Source: Lingula anatina
Lineage: Eukaryota > Animalia > Brachiopoda
Direction of reading: 5' to 3'
Assembly: GCA_051362555.1 (NCBI GenBank)
Contig: CM120640.1
Coordinates: forward strand, 18,724,001-18,788,000
Length of the DNA: 64,000 nucleotides
Each line of letters begins with the position of its first letter. Position 1 is the first letter of the stretch. Below the pieces are notes generated by a model. It did no database searches and was not told the DNA's origin. It was given only the letters and a program-made list of their open reading frames with translations. Shown piece by piece: positions 50,996 through 64,000 of the stretch. Position numbers and translations under genes: made by a program.

Positions 50996-53282
50996 ATGCC
51001 AAGGTGGCCTAGAAAAAGGATATTCCAGACAGTGCTGAAAGTGGCCATCTTCATCGTGTCCATCCAAATGATTCTGATGATAGTATTTTCGTCGAAGCGT
51101 CTTCCGGACCAACAGAGCGGTTCACAACGGAAAAATGGCGCTCCTCAACGAGTTTGGCCGGCAATGAAGAAGCGGATCCCTTTAAACTACAAGGAAGCAG
51201 TAAAACTGTACAACGCTGCATGGGCTCTCAGGAACAAAAGGCCCAAAGACTGTGTGAAGCCAGTGTTTTCCAAGCATGATCTTCCTAGAGTGGCTTTGGC
51301 TAGCTATCCCGGGTCCGGGAACACTTGGGTACGACACTTGGTACAGCAAGCAACCGGTGGGTGAAAATGTCTTCCATCTTAAGATATTTGGTTTTTAATA
51401 GGGCTAAAACGTGATTTAAAATATACACACACCATTAAATATGTTTAAATTGTTTAAGGTAGTTTTTTATTTAATATATTTTACTTTAAAGATGTATGTC
51501 TGGTGCCGATATTTTTTCTCGTGATAATGAAAAGGCTTTTACAAATACATGGCACATAACACCCCACCGTACAAAGGTAAAAATGAGAATGAAAATATAT
51601 TTTGAGTAATACACCATGCCCATTGTTCTGAACACAAAAAAGGAGTGCGACATTCACGCTTGTTTAAAATAGCGGCTGTCACATGCACCATAAACGCGTT
51701 TCACAAAATGAAAAGAATGCCAAGAATTTAGTGATTCAAAACCACCTTTAACCGAAACCACAGGCTGTTAAATATCCATTATCTTCATCGGGGTCACTCT
51801 CAATGACAAGAAAATTAGCAAGAAGGTATATCAAGTACCTTGATATTTTGGTTAAGTTTTGTAAGCATTAACAGTGAAGCATTACAATTTGTATACACAT
51901 TGTCTCTCTTGTCTTCTCATCAGTCATAGACTTCTTACTTAATTGACATTTGCCGTGTTGTAACCATAATAAGTACCTGATGAAAAAGATTTGAAGGGTT
52001 TCAGAAATTGGAACCAGAACTGTGCCGCAATAAGCTTTTAAGTCTGAATATTCAAACTGTTAAGGACCTATGTTTAAACGTTTAACTAAGGGAAAGACGC
52101 AAATGAGTATGAAATTTAAGTTAGCTAAATACAGTGAGCTAAATACAGTACATCTATATTACTTTTTCTCCCTATGCGCTCTGATAGGTCCTGGCAGTCA
52201 CTGTAAGCCTGTTGAATATACCTTTCACCAGAATGATTACTGTGCATAATTTTTTAGGTATTGTGACGGGCAGTGAGTACTTGGACATGGGTCTCTCCTC
52301 TGCGGGAATGATTGGGGAAGGTTACAATGGAAGCAATGCCATTATGATAAAGACACACGAGTTTGGGGCCGACAAAAGGAAGGGTTTTGACAAGGCAGTT
52401 TTGCTTATTAGAAATCCATACGACGCCATGATGTCCGAGTTTCATCGGCGTCAAGGCGGCCATCTTGGACATGCCAAATCCAAGCACTTCACGGACGGTA
52501 CAAGTAAGCTTGTGTGGCGACATTTCAAAGTATTTACAGTCTAGAGTTTTCCTGACCCTTTTCTTGTACTAAAATGAATAATGGGTTATTATTATTCGTA
52601 AAGATTTATTCTTTCATTCATTTTCAAAAATAAAAAACATTGAGCATGAAAATCTCTGGAATTTTCAAAAATAAAAACAATATTCCCCGTTATTGTTATC
52701 AATGTTATTTGTTTATTTGTATATGAAAAGAAACAATCAAAAAGTTTTGCGCGCTCGTTGTTACAGTTTTAAGCCTGCTTGGGTCATCTATCAATTATCT
52801 TAGCCTCGTTTCAATAACTGGATGTTCGTTGAATATACGCCTGGCTTTTAAATATTCGATGAAGTTTACTTACCTTCTTCGATGACAATAAAGTTTGTTT
52901 TGTTTTGTTTTCAGCCTGGCCAGAATATATACGTTTCGAAGCCAAGCGATGGCTGATGTTTAACCTGGACTGGTTGCACCTCTTCGAAAAACCATTGATG
53001 GTGTTAGCTTATAGTGATCTCTTAAAAAACACCCATGACACAGTGGTGCGTTTGACAAAATTCCTAAACATATCTGTCACCGAGGAACGCATTCAGTGCG
53101 TCTTAGAAAACAGCCAGGGAAAATTCCAGAGATATGCCCGGAAAGTGATAGATTTCGACCCATATAATAAATCAATGAGAAGAAAAATAGACGCATATTT
53201 GAATATTACAAATATTGCCCTAAATGTTCGAAAAGCAGAACTAGACGCGAGACACTCATTTGATGGTGTTCAAACACTGTGA
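50996..53282 (+). CDS. WSCD-family type II membrane sulfotransferase without WSC domains, ~322 aa
   Basis: Exons 50996-51356, 52258-52497 and 52915-53282 (phase-1 introns). N-terminal TM anchor; 5'-PSB loop ALASYPGSGNTWVRHL; KTHE; 3'-PB LLIRNPYDAMMSEF. Confidence 0.88.
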
Positions 53283-55379
53283 ACATGAGAAGATTTTTTT
53301 GTTTTTGTTTTTGAATAAAGAAAGTTTTGCTATTGATTACAATCATACGGCTTGAATATAACATATTTAATCTTACAACACTTCAACAATGCAACTGCAT
53401 TGATTGGAAAAATCAAACGACAAATGTTGGCATGACGCATATGACGAGATAGAATTGCATTTTGTTCTAAGTAAACGAATTTTAAACTTTGGCCTAAACA
53501 GGTTTGCACATGGTATTTTAAGATAATACGAAAGGTGAAGATGACATAAGGTATTAAGGGTATTAAGGAAAACGTATCCAAGCATAACGTTTTAGTGGAG
53601 TATTCTGCGTCGTTTTTGACTCAAAGGCAAGTAGCATGGAAAATCTCTGAAAAATGACAGCAACGGTATTGTTCTTTTAAAATAGGTTCCACAATCACCT
53701 AAGGCAAAAGCTCATAAGTTAATGATAATCATGTAAAGTAATGTATTTTTAAATAGTTATTTGAATACACTAACACGGATCCTCTATCCATATGCTGTAA
53801 ACAGTTAGTTCCTAAAACTACAATTTTACGTGTAAATTTATCTTGCTGTTCAAAAGGTTGGCTTTTTAAGAAGAAATCATCCTATAGTAATGGCAATTTG
53901 ACTTGTGAGATGCCGCTGTGCACTCGACGTATTGTCATCAAGAAAATAGTTACGTATTAATTCAACTCATACACCATATAAAACAGGATGTTGTTTTTTA
54001 GTAGAAGGATTAAAAAATTGATTGTATTATAGATATTTAGCACGCCTGTTGAATGAATTCTCATTTATCATTTTTAATGATGTTGGCGCAGTATTAAATC
54101 CTTCATTATAAGTCAGTAATAACAGAGATCGTCTTTCTTTTCCTTTTACATATTAAAAGTGGAGTCCACGCGTGCAAACCGATAACAGTGATTGCATTTT
54201 TCACAAGATCCAACTGTCAATTCCTTTCTCGGTTTATTGCTGCGGAAAAACATCTCAGCTATCACACTCTTACAGCTTTACGACATTTCAGTGCCAACCG
54301 TCAAATCATTATAGGCATACTCATACATTCATTGTACATAAATACATACATGCACTCGTGCTCGACCATACATATGTACATAAGCACACGTGAAACATGC
54401 ATGTGTGGTCTCTTTTTGAGCAGTGCTTGACAAACAAATGAAGACTTTTACGTGTGATTGATTGTTTGATGATTGAAGAGAGAGAAAGAGAGAGAGAGAG
54501 AGAGATAATTAAAGAGATTCACTGAATACAACCGGTGTATATTGTGTTTTATCGTTCGTGTGAAATTCCCTTTACAGTTTATGTTTTAGCAACTTTCTTT
54601 ATGTATTAATTATTTAGAGCATTATTTTGTGTACTAATAACGACCGAACTTTATTCATACATTAAATATCAGGTCAAAGTCAAACAACAGAAACAGTTTC
54701 TTTGGAAACAAAAAACATCAGTCCTACAACGTATTGATCTTCATATGGTCAGAAGATGAGTATTCAGTGTGCCCTAATGAGCACCCAAGGTAAACGTCAA
54801 AGATATCATATATTGTTTACAACACGATTTGTCATCGCGTAAAAGATTGATTAGTCTTCCCCATATAAGTTGTCTGTTTGCGTGAGTTTGGGCTAAACAC
54901 AGCGTTTTGCCACAATAATGTCACTCAGTTCCCGAGTGACGGTGTCCTTGCCGGTACCAAGGCAGGCCTCCAGCTACGACCCTGTGGGGTTAAACAGAGG
55001 ATCAGGTAGGCCGTTATAAACGGATTTATGTTTACATTGTCGGTACAAGTCCGACTTCAGTATTGGAATCTCTGTTCACTGTACAGTGCACGCTCTTTTT
55101 TTAAGAATAAGTATAATTATATAAAATTTTATAACTAAGAGAAAATATTATTGAATGACTGTGTAATCGACCAGCTGATTATTTACATCATCCAATAAAA
55201 CAAATGTTAATCCTGGTCCTTGGCGTGAACAGTAATCACTTAAGTTGAATCTTTATTTTACATAAACCCGACGTATTTTCTATACTATCATTAAAATGTT
55301 TCCTTTAGAAAATATAATCAAGCATTATGGGCTATTGGATAGATAACAGTACATTAATGAAGTTTGCAAAAATATATAT

Positions 55380-55421
55380 AATAATAATAATAATAATAAA
55401 TAAATAAATAAATAAATAAAT
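55380..55421. repeat. (AAT)n/(AAAT)n microsatellite
   Basis: Read directly. Confidence 0.85.
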
Positions 55422-58400
55422 AGAAAAGAAAACATTTTTTAAATCAGACAATATGTCCAATGTGGGAATTCATGTCTTACAGACGGACAAGCAGTTAAAA
55501 AATACTGGCAGCGTCTGAAGAAAGACAGAAATATAAAGACGAAAAAAGACTTCAAACAACAGGATTTAAGGTGAGCTATTCTACAGCATTTCAGTTGTGA
55601 GAGAGAGAGAAAGAGTTAGTGAGAGCTTGCATCCATTGTGCATAAAACATTGTCTGTTACGTATTATCACATAACAAATACCTGCTATTGATTATTGCCA
55701 GTAATGTACTGAAACAGACTAAGTGACACATTTTTCACAGACGTGCATCAAGTCCTCCGTTTGCTACAGACAGAAACAAAGAGACGGAATGCGCTGTCGC
55801 TGAAAGATTGCTTACTAATCCTTTATCTTCGCCGAGTGGCCTCTTCTCTAACACAGCTGAGAGAGAACTTCGTCAGAAGAGAGGAAGCTTCGATGTTTAT
55901 CCAGAATTTAGATCGGAGCTCGCTACTCAAAACAGGAGTTCAAACAACTGAGTTTAATTTGTCAGCTGGGAAGATAATACAATACCTTCATCTGTATGGT
56001 GCCTAACTCCCAAGATCTTTATTGGTTATTGCCATTTGTTTAGCTAATAATAGGCCTATAAGCAAATACTTTGGGAAAACTATTCAAATTGCAAGTCAAG
56101 TCGATTTACCCAGGAAACTTGGTTAGTCACGGATTTTGTTGAATGTGATAATGAAATAGAATTATTTCCAACAGTGACACGAATCTCTTTGATTATGCAT
56201 TAACATGACTACCGATGTCTTCTTTTCCTTTTTTTCTTAATGTATTTTCATTATATGTATGTTGACTTGTAAACCCGGCCTGCAACTGCACTGGAAAGAT
56301 TATGATAAGTAAAAGCGGTGCGGTGAAACTCTACTGTCTGCCCCTTGCTAAATATGCTTCAATTGATAACTGTGTTATCATGTTATTTTAGGTCTAAACG
56401 TTCAACTAGTCACAAGTTATCATTTTTGATAAGTCTTTTGTTTGCAGTAAATAGAGTAAAACAACATAAATTGGCACAATTTTTGGATTTTGATTTATTT
56501 ATTTTACATGTTAGGCCAGACAAAATGGATATGTTGGATAACGAGGCGATTCTCCGTAAACAGGATCGTTAAACAAAATTTATATTTTAAGATCGATTGG
56601 TGTTTTTTATATTATTCTTATTTTAGGTGTTAAATGCGGTGTTTGCGATATTCATGGATTCTATTATGAATTTCTCCTACCAACCAAACTAATAAAACAT
56701 GATTTCTGTAAAATTCGGCTCAGTGTCTCGCGTTAACCAACTTATCAATTCTTGTTCAGTGATTGTGTTTGTAGAGCTTGCACAGCACAATCCTGGTGAC
56801 ACACTCATTGTGTCAAATCAAGGAGTGTTTTCATCTCCTAAGATGGCTGTTACGGTATCACAAGGACTACTTAGCATCTGAAACAAATAATTTAAAAAAG
56901 GCAAAGACTGTCACAGTAATGTGTTTGTTGGCTTCACGAATAACACACATACTAGCACGACACGCGCGCGCACACACCTATCTGAATAACAATTCTGAAA
57001 CTTTACACATGTACCTTAGCACACAAGTAATGTGTTCAGTTTAAAAAAAATCTGAAAGTACTTATTTTTGTCCTAATTTTTGGCGTTCTTAAAGTGCACC
57101 AAAGTGGTAAAATTTATGGAGCCTTGTCTTAATTATATGGATCCTAAATTTAATTGAATTTAGGTACTAAAGCAAGAGCACATACGTTCGCTTCATTGAC
57201 CGAAACGTTCTTATTATTTTGTCTATTTTTGCACGCACTGATCTCTGCAGACGGGTTTTATTTCATGTAATCATTCGTCCGATTCCTTTCGTGTTATCTG
57301 CTGTAAGATCGCATGCATCGTTTGATTACGGCGGCCACTTGCCTCTCGTACTGGTGAATAACATGACACCCCTGATTAACGATCAATCGACCGAGTAACG
57401 GAGGATCAATTTAACGTGGAGGATGTTAAACAATAGCACTGCGTCGATGTTAGTCTTGGTGTTGTTGCAGAATGTTAAATTGGTTTGCGTAAAACAAATA
57501 AATAAATGAGATCTGAAGTGATCTGAGAGCGTAGAGACCAGTCCATATTCAACGTATTTCCTGGTTGGTAAATGACCGCCCAATGCAGTGTTTTACATAT
57601 TGTTATTTTTGTGTTTAGACAGCGTAATGTACCAGGTAGCTTTCACATGGGATCTAAGTGAATATCGTCTAGAAAAAGGCACCCGATTCGCTTGAGACAG
57701 AGTGGAATTATATAGGGAAATGAATCTGCTATCAATTTATGCTGTTTAATGTGAAATAATTATAAATGGGAAATAATCAAAGAGATAAAACTTCAGTACT
57801 TTCTAACCAGTGGAAGGCATTTAGAATATCTCTTTGTACAGAAAAGGTGATGATGTGTTGGTAATTTTTTAATAAAAAAAATTATAAAACCATTAAAATA
57901 CTGGCAGTGCACATGTGCGGACATTAAAATCAACTAATGTTCTAATTTGCTTTTATCTACTTGAGAAATAAAATCAGCATGGTGGCAATTATCCTATTTT
58001 AGGCTGTTAGGATTTCTTTCTTTTTTTTCAAGTGTGTGCGTGTTATATTGGCTTTGGGTGGCTAAAAAGTCTATTGATCAGCTCCATCCCCATAACGCTC
58101 TACAGAACTTTCTAAACTAACACGGATGTCCAACGGGTTGCAAACAGTGAGTCGGCCACCAGAGGCGTCAGACCAGGCTGGCATCTTTCCTGTGCTTTAA
58201 TCAATGCATAGTACTCAGACTATGTCACACCTTCTCTTATTATGTTGGACGAAGTGACAAAAGATTCCTTGGTGGCATTGCTTTTGCCGTAAGTGGCAAT
58301 CTTTTGCCTTCTCTCGTGTCTAACTCCTCTATCCTTTGCATAAGCGTGGCTAGGCTGAAGTAAATTTCACTGATTAGGGTTGCCCAAAGAGGGTGGAGTA

Positions 58401-59561
58401 CCCCCCCTCCCAACCTCCACTTCACGTGGTTTGCTTATCTCCTTTCTTTTCTTTGGTTGCGTTTTTGCGCACACAGATTTACAAATGTAGCATATTCCTC
58501 TGCTAGTTATTATACCAAGTAGTGGTATTTAATGCTGCTACTGCCAACATTTAAATGGAACAGCAATATTATGTTACGGTCAGAAAAGATAACCAAGAGA
58601 CCAAAGCGTTCCTCTCAAGGGATTTTTTTCTAAATTAATTAAACTGAACAATCAGCAAAAGTGAGTCACGGCAAGATGCAGTCACGTTGCTTGAAAAGTG
58701 CTTCAATTCCGCGCCGTTCCACGGTTCTAGGCTCTTATCACGGCCTGTCAACTTTAATCTAATTCAACTTAAGTGGATTATCGGTCTAATCAAGCGACGA
58801 CTAGTGTCCTATCTGGTACCTATCAATAATTCATCTCGGCCAAACCTCTGTAGGGCAGTGGAATACGCACGTGGTGAGATGTAATTAATAGAATCCTCCG
58901 TGTTCCAAGACAACGTGTAAATTATAAATGTGCTTCAAGCGGACAGCTGATTACGGGTTATGTAGAGAAGAACTGTTCTTATGGCATCAAACATGCCATT
59001 TGATAGATGAGTACGTTTAATAGTGATGCTTTTTATTGCAACTTGAAAAATAAAGCAGTTTATTCAGCGTTTGTCACTTGATTAATTGAAACTTTACTTA
59101 TTTTCACTTTTATGACACAGAGAATTATCATTATTGTACTCTCATGATGTTGTCATACATACTGATATATGTAATTGTTTATGTACAGAGCTATATACAA
59201 TTACTTTTATGTGTGGTGTGCAGTGTACTGATTATCAAAAAATTTCAAAATGACAAGCGAAAGCACGCCTTGTGATAGTTGGTTTGGCACATAATGATAC
59301 ACGTCCTGAGTGACTGGACTTCTCACTTAAAAAGAGTATGATTTGGAATGTAAAAAAGAGTGGCAAAGTATAATGTAATAATGAAAAAGCATCTTTCAAG
59401 TAGAGAAATTGTGCAGTGACAAATCAGGTCTTTTTTATAGTCTGTGTAAAATAGCAAAAGGCATTTTGCTATAACTCATAGAAGCACTGTTTTGTCGCAG
59501 ACGAACGCTAGGTGAGCAAGTTCACTCATGATGGAAAGATATACAGTCCGCACTCATGAGT

Positions 59562-62794
<3,233 letters not shown>

Positions 62795-64000
62795 CTACAA
62801 AATTATGTGACAACAATATTGTAACATTGAAATTCTAATAACGTAATTTTTTCAGATTCATTTTCCATCGTTCATTAATAAACAACTATTCTAGAATCAC
62901 GCCTTGACATTACGCCAATATAAACAAAATTTATTTGGATTATATGTGTTGCTAATAGTAAAAATGGTTCTTTAAAATGTCCGTCTAGCCACTTAACCAG
63001 AGTCCAGTCTGAATGCTACTTAACAGCAACAGCAGATCCTAATGAAATAAAGACCATCTTCAAAGAATTATTTTCAGATCTTAAATGCGTTACAGTTCAG
63101 ACCCAGTTCCCTGGGGCCAGTTTTCCCAGCCTGGCCATTAGTACCATTCCGGGACCTTAACGGCCTCGGGGCGTTGACGTCGACGGGAATAAGTATTGCC
63201 AACGTTAGACATATACAAAACCGAAGGTGAAAAGTACCATTCAAATTAGTTCTAATTTCATTTGGACTGCAAAAATATCGGCCTTTCACGGTCATGGCTA
63301 ATGTAGATAAAAACCAATAGATAATCGACGTGATTTTAGTCCGATAATCTATCTGGGTTGTTCCAATGATAATATTGCCAAAAATAACATAATTTTGCGT
63401 CAGAAATGTAAAATCATAAGCACCATAGAACCCATTCCAATAGCTGCCTAAGTGCAGAATTTAGTTATGTTCCTGTGGAGAATAATACATCAAGCAGTCT
63501 TGAAAAAAGAAGAAGAAAAAAACGGTTCCTTCAAAAATATTTCCACATAAAACTTGGCATTTAACTTGATTTGTGCTCTGTTGCAAAGTAACATTCTATT
63601 GACTAACATTACGGCTATCAAGTCCCTGATGCATTTGAAATGCATAATGAATTAGTTCAGTCTGTTTCATATATTGATATAAGTATACTTTACCTGTTGC
63701 ATAGATTACAAGGGAACTTTCTGTCTCCCATATCAACACATCGTGTATATTTGAGATGCTTGTCCCTGTAATACTTGTAAGCAAACACTTTTCCGCATCG
63801 TTCACAAGTGTAACCCTCGCAATCTTAAACAGAAAGAAAAATATTTTACCATTAAAGCGTAGTCTCCCGATAAAATTATGATTTCTGCGATAAGAATTAA
63901 ATAAAGAAAAAAGAAAAAGAAAAAAACAAATTGAAATATCTAGCAACAATGAAAAAAATTGACAGCAAGTTGAATAAGCTTTTATACATTGCACTACATT

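Noticed and set aside
63074-63994. Minus-strand ORFs near the right edge as further PRDM14 exons
   Set aside because: They contain no zinc-finger or PR/SET motifs, so the next PRDM14 exon probably lies outside the window.

Overview
This window is AT-rich eukaryotic genomic DNA with GT-AG introns. Gene content and repeat types suggest a lophotrochozoan, probably a mollusc (inference). I reconstructed eight protein-coding genes by hand: KANSL3 (-, runs off the left edge), an intronless POLR1F/RPA43 (+), TAF1C (+), ERI1 (-), an uncharacterised lipid-anchored protein head-to-head with ERI1 (+), a secreted coiled-coil/fibrinogen-domain protein (+), a WSCD-family sulfotransferase without WSC domains (+), and the 3' half of PRDM14 (-, runs off the right edge). 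Three observations stand out. (1) Two RNA polymerase I machinery genes appear to share one transcription unit: POLR1F seems to lie inside the 5' intron of TAF1C, and the 5.8S-trimming nuclease ERI1 converges on them. (2) A ~424-bp near-perfect inverted duplication flanks an 83-bp promoter-like spacer upstream of KANSL3. It puts the same candidate first exon and GTAAG donor on both strands, and its right arm is split by a 2.5-kb TA-flanked TIR transposon. (3) PRDM14 has two 5' splice sites 4 nt apart that would switch between a short C-terminus and a tail ending in a WDR5-binding-like motif (DDIDVVS). MITEs, a Helentron/HINE-like repeat and microsatellites are also present. I saw no rRNA, tRNA or CRISPR. 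Gene names rest on motifs recognised from memory, not on database searches, and all splice models need RNA-seq.
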